A DNA stretch of 64,000 nucleotides from an uncultured Arcobacter sp. (GCA_965140705.1 OZ223300.1:704001-768000); one strand, 5' to 3'. Positions 22,111-31,666 are shown, counted from the first letter of the stretch. Made by a program: numbers and translations. Notes: a model not told the origin generated them from the letters alone.

Positions 22111-23244
22111 ATGTTTGAAAATCTTACTTTACTTCAATTACAACAGTATTGGTGGATAATAATTTCACTTTTAGGTGGCTTATTTGCTTTTATTATGTTT
22201 GTTCAAGGTGGTCAAACACTATTGGGGAGATTATCAAAGGGTGATGAGACGTTAAAAACTATGCTTATAAATTCCCTTGGTAGAAAATGGGAATTAGGCT
22301 TTACTACATTGGTACTTTTTGGGGGAGCACTTTTTGCTGCTTTTCCTTTATTTTATTCTACAAGTTTTGGTGGAGCGTATTGGGTATGGATGGCAATTTT
22401 ATTTTGTTTTATTATTCAAGCGGTAAGTTATGAATTTAGAAAAAAAGCTAATAATTTTTTGGGTCAAAAAGTTTATGAGTTGTTCCTTTTTATAAATGGA
22501 AGTGTAGGTGTGATTTTATTAGGAATTGCTATAGCTACTTTTTTTTCTGGTTCAAGTTTTAGTGTGGATACAAATAATTTCTCACATTGGCATGGCTCAT
22601 ATAGAGGATTAGAAGCTGCAGGTAGTATATTTAATCTATCTTTAGGTTTTGCACTATTTTTTTTAGTGAGAATTTCAGGAGCCTTATATTTTATAAATAA
22701 TATTGATAATGAAACCATAAAAGAAAGAGCAATAAGAAGTATAAAAATTGATATGCTTATTTTTCTATTTTTCTTTTTGATTTTTTTATATTTACTTTTG
22801 AGTAAAAGTGGTTTTGCTTATGATAGTAATGGATTTGTATATTATCAAGAGTACAAATATTTATATAATTTTGTAGAGATGCCAATAGTTTTAGGAATGT
22901 TCTTAATAGGCTTGTTGATGGTTATAATTGCAGTTTTTATGACCATTCATTTTAACAAAACTTGTTGTATCAAAACAGCTGGTGTTGGTATTGTATTAAC
23001 TGTAATGGCTTTGTTTTTAAATGTTGGATTAAATGGAACTTCATATTACCCTTCATTTTATGATATTCAAAGTTCATTGACTATTCAAAATAGTTCAGGA
23101 AGTCATTATACTTTGACTACTATGTCTTATGTTTCACTAATTGTTCCTTTTGTTTTGGCATATATAACTTATGCTTGGTATCAAATGGACAAAGTGAAAA
23201 TAACTAAAGATGAGATGGAAGATTCTCATACTCATAAATATTAG
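22111..23244 (+). CDS. cydB: Cytochrome bd ubiquinol oxidase subunit II
   Basis: GGALFAAFPLFY; ATG at 22111 after GGAGG; follows cydA. Confidence 0.95.
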   Translation: MFENLTLLQLQQYWWIIISLLGGLFAFIMFVQGGQTLLGRLSKGDETLKTMLINSLGRKWELGFTTLVLFGGALFAAFPLFYSTSFGGAYWVWMAILFCFIIQAVSYEFRKKANNFLGQKVYELFLFINGSVGVILLGIAIATFFSGSSFSVDTNNFSHWHGSYRGLEAAGSIFNLSLGFALFFLVRISGALYFINNIDNETIKERAIRSIKIDMLIFLFFFLIFLYLLLSKSGFAYDSNGFVYYQEYKYLYNFVEMPIVLGMFLIGLLMVIIAVFMTIHFNKTCCIKTAGVGIVLTVMALFLNVGLNGTSYYPSFYDIQSSLTIQNSSGSHYTLTTMSYVSLIVPFVLAYITYAWYQMDKVKITKDEMEDSHTHKY

Positions 23245-23252
23245 GAGTTAAA

Positions 23253-23348
23253 ATGGAGTATTTAAGTTCAATTATTTGGCTTGTTTCCTGGCCTCTGGTG
23301 ATTTATATTTCTTTTAAATTGATAGAATATAATATAAAGAAAATATAG
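23253..23348 (+). CDS. 31-aa single-TM protein, probable small cytochrome bd subunit (CydX/CydY-like); not in ORF track
   Basis: AGGAG SD; MEYLSSIIWLVSWPLVIYISFKLIEYNIKKI*; starts 8 nt after the cydB stop. Confidence 0.8.
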   Translation: MEYLSSIIWLVSWPLVIYISFKLIEYNIKKI

Positions 23349-23384
23349 ATTTAATACAAAATAATATATAAAAAGGACAATAAA

Positions 23385-23840
23385 ATGATTACATTCCCTC
23401 TAAAAACAAATAAAGAAAATGCAGCGGTATCACCACTGTTTGGTAAAGCAAAATATTTTGCTTTTTATGATGGTAAAAATTTAAGTGTTGAAGAAAATCC
23501 ATATGGAAAAGGTTCAAAACTTATTAATTGGTTCAATGAAAAAGGCGTAGATACAATAGTAATAAAAGAGATGGGTTCTAAACCTTTTGAAGCTATTTCT
23601 AAAACACCTATAAAAGTATTGTATGCAGGTAATGATAGAGTTACTACAAATGAAGTATTAGAAAACTATACAACTAATAGTTTAAAAGAGTTATCAATAG
23701 ATGAACTTCAAAAAATAGTTAAAGAGCATAAAGGAGATAAAAGTTCTTCTTGTCATTCACATTCATATGAAGGTGAAACTAAAAAGAGTTGTCATAAAAA
23801 AATGGTAGCTCAAAATCCATATGTTTTTTTAAATAAATAG
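23385..23840 (+). CDS. NifB/NifX-family FeMo-cofactor-binding-like protein with Cys/His-rich tail
   Basis: VSPLFGKAKYF..ENP..GVDTIV..MG pattern; tail SCHSHS..SCH. Confidence 0.75.
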   Translation: MITFPLKTNKENAAVSPLFGKAKYFAFYDGKNLSVEENPYGKGSKLINWFNEKGVDTIVIKEMGSKPFEAISKTPIKVLYAGNDRVTTNEVLENYTTNSLKELSIDELQKIVKEHKGDKSSSCHSHSYEGETKKSCHKKMVAQNPYVFLNK

Positions 23841-23864
23841 TACAAAGCTTCTAGCTTTGTACTA
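23838..23864. terminator. Hairpin between convergent genes
   Basis: TAGTACAAAGCT-TCT-AGCTTTGTACTA. Confidence 0.65.
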
Positions 23865-23869
23865 AACTT

Positions 23870-25360
23870 TTAAATAGTTCTCCACTTAGCAGGGCCAGTA
23901 GTGTGAATAGAAGTACCCTCAGTATCAACAGCTACAGTAACAGGCATGTCTTTAACCTCAAACTCATAGATAGCTTCCATACCAAGTTCTTCAAAGGCTA
24001 ATACTTTTGCTGATTTGATTGATTGTGATATCAAATATGCAGCTCCACCAGTTGCTATTAAATACATTGATTTATACTCTTTGATTAAATCAATTGTTGG
24101 TTGTTTTCTCTCAGCTTTTCCAATCATTCCCATGATTCCTATTTCCATCATGTCTTTTGTAAATTTATCCATTCTTGTAGATGTTGTTGGTCCCGCAGGT
24201 CCTACTGCTTCATCTCTTACAGGATCCACTGGTCCAACGTAATAAATAAATCTATCTTCTAATTTAACTCCATTTGGAAGATCTTTTCCAGCATTTTTAT
24301 ATTCAACTATTTTTTTATGTGCTGCATCTCTTGCTGTTAAGATTTTCCCAGATAATAATAGAGTATCTCCTGATTTAAATTGAGATAAATTCTCTTTTGT
24401 TAAATCTTCTATATTTACTCTTTTAATTGTATCCATTGGTAATTCAATATCTGGCCATATATCTAAATCTGGTTTATTAAATACTGCTGGTCCATCACCT
24501 TTTAGTTTAAAGTGAATATGTCTTGTTGCTGCACAGTTTGGAATCATAGCAACAGGAAGTGATGCTGCATGACATGGGTAATCTAATATTTTAACATCAA
24601 GTACAGTTGTAATTCCACCAAGACCTTGAGCTCCAATTCCTACTTTATTAATATCTTCATATAATTTAAGTCTTAATTCTTCTAGGGCATTTTTTGGACC
24701 TCTTGCTTTAAGTTCATGTATATCAACATGACTCATTAAAGACTCTTTTGCTAAAAGCATAGATTTCTCAGGATTCCCTCCAATTCCAATTCCTAATATT
24801 CCAGGAGGACACCATCCAGCTCCCATATTTCTAACATTTTCCATAACCCAATCATAAATACTATCACTTGGGTTTAATACAGCAAATTTAGATTTGTTTT
24901 CACTTCCTCCACCTTTTGCTGCAACTGTAATATCTATCTCATCTGAATTATCTACACTTACATGAATAACTGCTGGTGTATTATTTTTTGTATTTACTCT
25001 TTTCCCTGCAGGATCTGCAACTACTGAGTATCTTAAAGTGTTATCTGGATCTGTATACCCTTTTGCAACACCTTCATTTAATAAATCAACTAACTCTTTT
25101 TTTATATCTAAAGGAGCATTTAATCCAACCTTTACAAAGATATTAACTGACCCTGTATCTTGACATAAAGGTCTATGACCCATTGCACACATTTTTGAAT
25201 TTATTAATATTTGTCCTATTGCATTTTTTGCAGCTTCACCTTTTTCTACATTATAAGCTTCTACCATCCCTTTTACAAAATCTTCTGGATGATAAAACGA
25301 TATATATTGACATGCATCTGCTATACTCTCGATTATATCTTGCTCGGTTATTTTTTTCAT
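23870..25360 (-). CDS. Class I (Fe-S) fumarate hydratase
   Basis: RPLCQDTG, KGGGSENKS, WCPP, RDAAH, GPTTSTRMD. Confidence 0.95.
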   Translation of the reverse strand: MKKITEQDIIESIADACQYISFYHPEDFVKGMVEAYNVEKGEAAKNAIGQILINSKMCAMGHRPLCQDTGSVNIFVKVGLNAPLDIKKELVDLLNEGVAKGYTDPDNTLRYSVVADPAGKRVNTKNNTPAVIHVSVDNSDEIDITVAAKGGGSENKSKFAVLNPSDSIYDWVMENVRNMGAGWCPPGILGIGIGGNPEKSMLLAKESLMSHVDIHELKARGPKNALEELRLKLYEDINKVGIGAQGLGGITTVLDVKILDYPCHAASLPVAMIPNCAATRHIHFKLKGDGPAVFNKPDLDIWPDIELPMDTIKRVNIEDLTKENLSQFKSGDTLLLSGKILTARDAAHKKIVEYKNAGKDLPNGVKLEDRFIYYVGPVDPVRDEAVGPAGPTTSTRMDKFTKDMMEIGIMGMIGKAERKQPTIDLIKEYKSMYLIATGGAAYLISQSIKSAKVLAFEELGMEAIYEFEVKDMPVTVAVDTEGTSIHTTGPAKWRTI

Positions 25361-25435
25361 AATTAGATACCTTTATAATTAAATTACGTAAGTATAACTA
25401 ATTAAAGTTTATGAAGCTTAGTTTTTTTTGATCTT

Positions 25436-25492
25436 AAAATCATATGAAAATCATATGAATATTTTTGTAACATATATTAACTTTGAGTTAAC
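25436..25492. promoter_or_regulatory. Tandem direct repeats, candidate OmpR-family operator
   Basis: AAAATCATATG x2 exact (25436-25457), then (G/T)TAAC x3 at 10-11 bp spacing (25467, 25477, 25488). Confidence 0.5.
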
Positions 25493-25558
25493 ATTTTATT
25501 TAGAAATGGTTATATGTCTCTGACACAATTATAATATATAATAATTAAGGAGGTGTAG

Positions 25559-25849
25559 ATGAAAAGAATACTTATGACTGTATTATTATTAAGTAGTTTA
25601 GTATCAACATTTTTATTTGCAGTAGATATAAAAAAAGATAGTGGCGATTTTAGAAATAGCCAAAATCTGAAAATACAATCTTACTCAAAAGCATTTAAAG
25701 ATGGAAAATTTGATAAAAATAAATATATCAGCATATCTTTGAATAACTATAAAAATATGGTAGAATATGAAGCTTCTTTAACAGAAAAGATTTATAATAT
25801 TTTAACAGATAAACAAAAAAAACAACTAAAAGAGATGCTTAACTCATAA
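25559..25849 (+). CDS. Small exported Spy/CpxP-like protein
   Basis: AAGGAGG SD, signal peptide, C-terminal IYNILTDKQKKQL (LTxxQ). Confidence 0.7.
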   Translation: MKRILMTVLLLSSLVSTFLFAVDIKKDSGDFRNSQNLKIQSYSKAFKDGKFDKNKYISISLNNYKNMVEYEASLTEKIYNILTDKQKKQLKEMLNS

Positions 25850-25859
25850 AGGTTTTAAA

Positions 25860-26537
25860 ATGATAAATATAGCAATGGTAGAAGATGATGCAGAATTAGC
25901 AGAAGTTCTTACTGAATATTTAAGTAAATTTAATATAAAAGTGACAAACTATGAAGAACCCTTTTTGGCTCTTAGTAGTTTAAAAATAAACAAATTTGAT
26001 TTGATAATTTTAGATTTAACTCTCCCTGGAATGGATGGATTAGATGTTTGTAAGCAAATAATTACAAATCATGATATTCCAATTATTATTTCAAGTGCCA
26101 GAAGTGATATAACTGATAAAGTTACTGCTTTACAATTGGGTGCTGATGATTATTTACCAAAACCATACGACCCAAGAGAGTTAGAAGTAAGAATAAAGAC
26201 TATTTTACGAAGATACAATATAAGTACTAAAATTGAAGAAAAACCAGCAAAAGTTTTTATTTTTGACGAAGAGAAAAAAGAGATAAGAAAAAATGGTAAG
26301 TTTATTAGACTAACAGCTGCTGAATATGAAGTATTATCTTTATTGATTAAAAGAGAAGGATTTATTGTTTCAAGGGATGATATCTTTGAAAATAGTGATT
26401 TATTAAATAGTGATTATGACAATATTGGTTCACTTGCAGTTATTATAAATAGGATAAGACACAAAATAGAAGCAAATCCCAAAACACCAAATTATTTACA
26501 TACAATAAGAGGGATGGGATATAAATTTTTACAATGA
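25860..26537 (+). CDS. OmpR-family response regulator (ArsR/RacR-like)
   Basis: EDD, DLTLPGMDG, GADDYLPKPY, TIRGMGYK. Confidence 0.96.
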   Translation: MINIAMVEDDAELAEVLTEYLSKFNIKVTNYEEPFLALSSLKINKFDLIILDLTLPGMDGLDVCKQIITNHDIPIIISSARSDITDKVTALQLGADDYLPKPYDPRELEVRIKTILRRYNISTKIEEKPAKVFIFDEEKKEIRKNGKFIRLTAAEYEVLSLLIKREGFIVSRDDIFENSDLLNSDYDNIGSLAVIINRIRHKIEANPKTPNYLHTIRGMGYKFLQ

Positions 26538-27781
26538 AAAAAGAGTCAATATTTTTTACAGTAACAATTAGTTTTGTTATATCAATATTTTTAGTAATAG
26601 CTAGTTTTATTATATTAGTACTTCATACCCAAGATGATAAAGAAAAACATCTTTCAAAGAAATATTTACCAGTAGCTAAGATGGTATTAGAGCAACAAAG
26701 AACAAATGGATTAACAAAGTTTTTTGTTGAATCTTTGTCTAATATGGATATGGAGTTTATAAATGATATTGGTAAAATGAATGCTGTTTTATATAATCCC
26801 CAAACAAAAGTAGCACTAGAGAGAAGATATAGAACAATTTTAGTTAGGGTTTTAGATTTACATGGTGATAGCTACTTGTTTATAAAAAGTGATGGCTTAG
26901 AAATAATGTTTAAAGATAGTGATTATAAACATGTAAATCCATTGATATATCTAATAGTAGTTTTTGCAGTACTATTTATAGCAATTATTTTATCTTTTAT
27001 TACAACTTGGAAAAGACTATATCCAATAAAACTTTTAAAAGATAAAGTAATAACTCTAGGGGAAGAGGATTTTGATTTTGAGTATGATACAAATGATTCT
27101 GATGAAGTTTCCCAATTAGCAATTGAGTTTAAAAATACCGCAAAAAAACTGAAAAATATAAAAGAGTCAAGAAATGTATTTATTAGAAATATAATGCATG
27201 AACTAAAAACTCCAATTACAAAAGGTAAGTTTCTAAGTGAATTGGAAAACAGTGATGAAAATGCTGAAAAGATGAGAAGAGTATTTACTAGACTAGAGTC
27301 TTTAATTAGTGAATTTACTCAAATCGAAGAGCTTATATCTTCTACTAAAAATATTGTAAAAAATAACTACTTCTTAGATGATATTATAGATAATGCTACA
27401 GATATGCTTATGCTAGAAGATGATGTAATTATCTCTAAATACGAAAATAAAAAATTAAATGTAAATTTTAAACTTTTTTGTTTGGCTGTAAAAAATCTAA
27501 TTGATAATGCAATAAAATATTCAGATGACAGAAAAGTAACTATAAAAACAAATAATCAAGATGAGATAATATTTGAAAATAATGGTGAAGGATTGAAATA
27601 TCCTCTTGAAAAATATTTTGAACCATTTTTTGCAAATGAAAGTAAAAGTAAAAATAGTTTTGGACTTGGTTTATATATAGTAAATTCTATACTTAAAGCA
27701 AATAATTGCATACTTAAATATGAATATAAAGATGAAATAAATATTTTTAAAATAGCTAAAAGTGAACAAAAGGATAAATAA
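26534..27781 (+). CDS. Sensor histidine kinase (ArsS-like; HAMP-HisKA-HATPase)
   Basis: MHELKTP, NLIDNAIKY, FGLGLYIV. Confidence 0.95.
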   Translation: MKKESIFFTVTISFVISIFLVIASFIILVLHTQDDKEKHLSKKYLPVAKMVLEQQRTNGLTKFFVESLSNMDMEFINDIGKMNAVLYNPQTKVALERRYRTILVRVLDLHGDSYLFIKSDGLEIMFKDSDYKHVNPLIYLIVVFAVLFIAIILSFITTWKRLYPIKLLKDKVITLGEEDFDFEYDTNDSDEVSQLAIEFKNTAKKLKNIKESRNVFIRNIMHELKTPITKGKFLSELENSDENAEKMRRVFTRLESLISEFTQIEELISSTKNIVKNNYFLDDIIDNATDMLMLEDDVIISKYENKKLNVNFKLFCLAVKNLIDNAIKYSDDRKVTIKTNNQDEIIFENNGEGLKYPLEKYFEPFFANESKSKNSFGLGLYIVNSILKANNCILKYEYKDEINIFKIAKSEQKDK

Positions 27782-28917
27782 TATTTGATATTGCAATTAT
27801 AGGTGCAGGTGCTAGTGGATTGATGTTTGCAACACACTTAAAAAATGATAATGTTTGTTTAATAGATAGCAATGCAAAAGTTGGTGCGAAAATAAAAGTA
27901 TCAGGTGGTGCAAAGTGCAACATTACAAATAATAAGGTAAGTGCTAATAATTACTTAGGCGAAAATAATTTTGTTACTTTAGTTTTAAAAGAGTTTTCAA
28001 ATGAGGATTTAATAAGATTTTTAAAAAAGCAAAATTTAGATTTCAAACTCAATGAAAAGATTGTAAAAGGAACTTTTTTTTGCAACACTTCCCAAGATGT
28101 TATTGATATGTTTTTAAAACTTATAAAGAATAAAAGAGTTTTTTTAAATACAACAGTACTAGATGTAGAGTATGAAAACTTCTATAAAATAAAAACAAAC
28201 AATAAAACAATAGAAGCAAAAAAACTAGTAATAGCAAGTGGAGGTTTGAGTTATCAAAGCTTAGGAGCTAGTTCTATAGCCTTTGATATCGCAAAATCTT
28301 TTAATCATAAAGTAACTCCTTTAAATCCTGCCCTTGTGGGTTTCACTGTTCAAAAAGACCAATTTTGGTTTAAAGAATTAAGTGGTATTTCTATGTTTGT
28401 AAAAGCAAGTGTTGAGAACAAAAGTTTTGAAGGAAATATTCTTTTTGCCCATAAAGGAATAACTGGACCTGTGATTTTAAATAGTTCTTTATATTGGAAA
28501 AAAGGAAAGATGAGTTTAGACTTCTTGCCAAATAAAACTTTTAAATCCTTTTTAAAAGGTAATAAAAATATCTCCTCAAGTTTTAATTTGCCCAAAAGAT
28601 TTATGCAAGAGTTTTTAAAATCAGTTCAAATAGATGATAAAGCAATTAGTAGCTTGACAAAAGATGAATTAAATAAATTAGAAGTTTTAAAAAACTATGA
28701 ATTCGCACCTGCTGGGAACTTTGGGTATACAAAAGCAGAAGTTACAAAAGGTGGAGTAGAAGTTGAGCAAATAGATGTAAAAACTATGGAAAGCAAAATC
28801 AAAAAAGATTTATACTTTATAGGTGAAGCTTTGGATGTAACAGGTGAACTTGGAGGATTTAATTTTCAGTTTGCTTTTTCTTCTGCTTATGTATGTGCAA
28901 AAGAGCTAAATAAATAG
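27781..28917 (+). CDS. HI0933/BaiN-family flavoprotein; start probably non-canonical ATA
   Basis: IFDIAIIGAGASG lies in frame upstream of the track start; KIKVSGGAKCNITN, VTKGGV, GELGGFNFQFA. Confidence 0.85.
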   Translation: MFDIAIIGAGASGLMFATHLKNDNVCLIDSNAKVGAKIKVSGGAKCNITNNKVSANNYLGENNFVTLVLKEFSNEDLIRFLKKQNLDFKLNEKIVKGTFFCNTSQDVIDMFLKLIKNKRVFLNTTVLDVEYENFYKIKTNNKTIEAKKLVIASGGLSYQSLGASSIAFDIAKSFNHKVTPLNPALVGFTVQKDQFWFKELSGISMFVKASVENKSFEGNILFAHKGITGPVILNSSLYWKKGKMSLDFLPNKTFKSFLKGNKNISSSFNLPKRFMQEFLKSVQIDDKAISSLTKDELNKLEVLKNYEFAPAGNFGYTKAEVTKGGVEVEQIDVKTMESKIKKDLYFIGEALDVTGELGGFNFQFAFSSAYVCAKELNK

Positions 28918-28919
28918 AT

Positions 28920-29729
28920 TTATAAAGCTCTTTTTTTGTTTATTTTTAACATTAAACTTAGTATAAATAAAATCAAGGAAACTACTACAATAGTAGCACC
29001 ACTTGGTAAAGATATATAAAATGAGACAAAAAGCCCAACTACCACAGCTAAAACCGCAAAAGATACTGCTAATAAACAAGTTATAAAAAAACTTTTTTCA
29101 AATTGCATTGCAGAAATTACTGGCATTATCATTAAGGCACCTATTAATAGTACACCAATAATTTTTATGGATAATCCAACTGTAATTGCCACAAGTGAAA
29201 CTAACATATAATTTAAAAAACTTACATTTATTCCAGAGGCTTTTGCAACTTCTTCATCAAATGCCACAAAAAGTAGTTTTTGATAATTATTGATAATGAA
29301 AAGAGCAGATAAAACTCCAAATATACAAATTGTCCAAATATCTTCTTTTGAAACGGCAACAATTGAACCAAAAAGATAGCTAAATAAAGCTACATTAAAA
29401 GAGTTTGAAATTGAAACTATAATAATTGCAAGTGCAAGGGCTGAAGATAAAAATATTGATAAAATAGAATCAGAATATATATTATGGTTTTTTCTTAGGT
29501 ATTCTATAAAAAGTGAAGCTAAAAGAGCTATTATAATTGCACTAAATGTTGTTGAGACTGAAAATAAAAAACCAAGTGCAACACCAAGTAGGGAAATATG
29601 AGCTAAAGAATCAGATAACATAGAGTATCTTCTTACAACTACAAAAGTACCTAAAGTAGGTGCTAAAATTGCTATAAAAATACCTGCTACAAAAGCTCGT
29701 ATCATAAAAGCGTATTCAAAAATTTCCAT
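28920..29729 (-). CDS. znuB: Zn/Mn ABC transporter permease (ZnuB-like)
   Basis: SDSLAHISLLG, YLFGSI; ATG at 29729 after AAGGA. Confidence 0.85.
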   Translation of the reverse strand: MEIFEYAFMIRAFVAGIFIAILAPTLGTFVVVRRYSMLSDSLAHISLLGVALGFLFSVSTTFSAIIIALLASLFIEYLRKNHNIYSDSILSIFLSSALALAIIIVSISNSFNVALFSYLFGSIVAVSKEDIWTICIFGVLSALFIINNYQKLLFVAFDEEVAKASGINVSFLNYMLVSLVAITVGLSIKIIGVLLIGALMIMPVISAMQFEKSFFITCLLAVSFAVLAVVVGLFVSFYISLPSGATIVVVSLILFILSLMLKINKKRAL

Positions 29730-29737
29730 ATATTTCC

Positions 29738-30487
29738 TTAGTGATGATGACAAACAATATTAGTGTCAATGCCATATAATTTACTCATTTGTTTATTATT
29801 TATTATTTCATGTGGAGTATGGCATGATAGAAGAGTTTGGTTAATACATAAAACTCTTTTTATATCATTTACAATCACTCCTAAATCGTGTGTAACAAAA
29901 AGTATTGTGATATTATCTTCTTTATTTAATTTTTTTAATATTTCATAGAATTTTGCTTGGGAATTGGTATCTACACCTGTATTTGGTTCGTCAAGTATTA
30001 ATAGTTCTGGATTACTTATAAGCGCTCTAGCTATCATTACTCTTTGTCTTTGACCACCTGAGAGTTCAGAAATTCTTCTATTTTTCAAATCAGTAATTTC
30101 AATTTTTTCCATAATAGATTCAATTTTTTTATAATCATTTTTTGATATTTTTGAAAATAAAGAAGTTTTATAAGCCAATCCAAGATTAATCACCTCTTGT
30201 ACAGTAATAGGGAAACTATTGTCAATTAAAGTTGCTCGTTGTGGCACATATCCAATTTTATAATATTGTTTGAATAAAGATTGTTTGGTATTAAATAATT
30301 TAATATCTGCAACATTAGGACTTATTAGTCCTAATATTATTTTCATTAGGGTGCTTTTGCCACCACCATTAGGACCAATGATGGCAGCATATTCACCCCT
30401 TAATATTTCAAAAGATATATCTTGAAGAATATCTTTATATCTTAGATTTTTTATATCAATTATGATGTCAGAGAATTTTATTGACAA
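29738..30487 (-). CDS. znuC: Zn/Mn ABC transporter ATPase (ZnuC-like)
   Basis: GPNGGGKS, LSGGQRQR, DEP; C-terminal CHHH. Confidence 0.85.
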   Translation of the reverse strand: MSIKFSDIIIDIKNLRYKDILQDISFEILRGEYAAIIGPNGGGKSTLMKIILGLISPNVADIKLFNTKQSLFKQYYKIGYVPQRATLIDNSFPITVQEVINLGLAYKTSLFSKISKNDYKKIESIMEKIEITDLKNRRISELSGGQRQRVMIARALISNPELLILDEPNTGVDTNSQAKFYEILKKLNKEDNITILFVTHDLGVIVNDIKRVLCINQTLLSCHTPHEIINNKQMSKLYGIDTNIVCHHH

Positions 30488-31347
30488 TTCATTGCATCCT
30501 TCAATTTAGCTAAGTTTTCTGTCATAATAGTAACAAAACCAACATTTTCTTCATTTTGTTTTTCTGTTATATTTTCAACAGGGCTTAGTTCATCTGTTTT
30601 AACATTTGCTTCATCAGCAATTGTTTTTGCGATTTTATCACTTGCAAACTCTTCAAAAAATACTGTATGAATATTTTCTTTTTTTACTATTTTAATAAGT
30701 TCGGCAATTTGTTTAGCTGATGGCTCTTCATCAGGTGACATACCAGAAATAGAGTATTGTGTTATTCCATAATCGTTTGCTAAATATCCAAAAGCATCGT
30801 GATTTACAATAACTTTTTTATTTTTGCAAGTTTTTAATGTCTGATATTTAGCTTGTAAAGCAGTTATTTCTTTAAGATAAGCATTTGAATTTTTTTCATA
30901 ACTTTTTTTATTTGCTGGGTCTTTTTTGATTAAAAGTGATTCAACATTTTTTATCATTTTGATATAGTTATCAAAACTTAACCAATAATGAGGATCATAA
31001 ACTTTACCATCTTCAAACTCTTTGTGGGCTACTAGTTTTACATGTTTGCTCATATCAAATGTTTTATCAGCTATTTCCATTGATTTTACTACTTTTGTAC
31101 TCCAAGGTTCCATAACTTTACCACTAGTTATAAATAAATCACTTTTTGATAAAAGTGCCATACTTTTTGGATTTGGTTCAAAGTCATGGGGCTCTGTTCC
31201 AAATGGAATTAAATTATTTAGAACAACATTTTTTCCACCAACTTCTTTAACTACACTATATAATGGATATATAGTTGTCGTAATTGTTAATTTAGCAAAC
31301 AAAACTGATGATGCTAATATACTTAATACTAAAATTTTCTTAAACAT
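30478..31347 (-). CDS. znuA: Zn/Mn ABC substrate-binding protein (ZnuA/AdcA-like)
   Basis: EPHDFEP, DPHYW, HDAFGY motifs; signal peptide. Confidence 0.85.
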   Translation of the reverse strand: MFKKILVLSILASSVLFAKLTITTTIYPLYSVVKEVGGKNVVLNNLIPFGTEPHDFEPNPKSMALLSKSDLFITSGKVMEPWSTKVVKSMEIADKTFDMSKHVKLVAHKEFEDGKVYDPHYWLSFDNYIKMIKNVESLLIKKDPANKKSYEKNSNAYLKEITALQAKYQTLKTCKNKKVIVNHDAFGYLANDYGITQYSISGMSPDEEPSAKQIAELIKIVKKENIHTVFFEEFASDKIAKTIADEANVKTDELSPVENITEKQNEENVGFVTIMTENLAKLKDAMNCQ

Positions 31348-31361
31348 TATTTTCCTTTATG

Positions 31362-31427
31362 ATGCAACTGAGTTGCATTTGATTTTGGAATCATACATCC
31401 GAATTTCTTAAATGCAACTTAGTTGCA
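31362..31427. promoter_or_regulatory. Two perfect palindromes, candidate Zur/Fur-family operators
   Basis: ATGCAACT-G-AGTTGCAT (31362-31378) and TGCAACT-T-AGTTGCA (31413-31427), upstream of znuA. Confidence 0.75.
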
Positions 31428-31507
31428 AAAGAAAATTAAATTTTATTTTTAACCATTTATATTAGAATAATTAGATACTTTTATAAATATAATATTAAGG
31501 AATAAAG

Positions 31508-31666
31508 ATGTGTTTAGTAATCTCTTTAATATCTTTTGCAATTGCATATAATTTTTATGATCCGACAGATTTAATGCCAACAATTATAAGTTTTACAATT
31601 GGGATATTTTTTCTTTTGACTATGCTTCGAAATATAAAAAATGAAAGAAGTAAAAGAAAAAACTAA
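31508..31666 (+). CDS. 52-aa two-TM small protein; not in ORF track
   Basis: AAGGA SD; MCLVISLISFAIAYNFYDPTDLMPTIISFTIGIFFLLTMLRNIKNERSKRKN*. Confidence 0.65.
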   Translation: MCLVISLISFAIAYNFYDPTDLMPTIISFTIGIFFLLTMLRNIKNERSKRKN

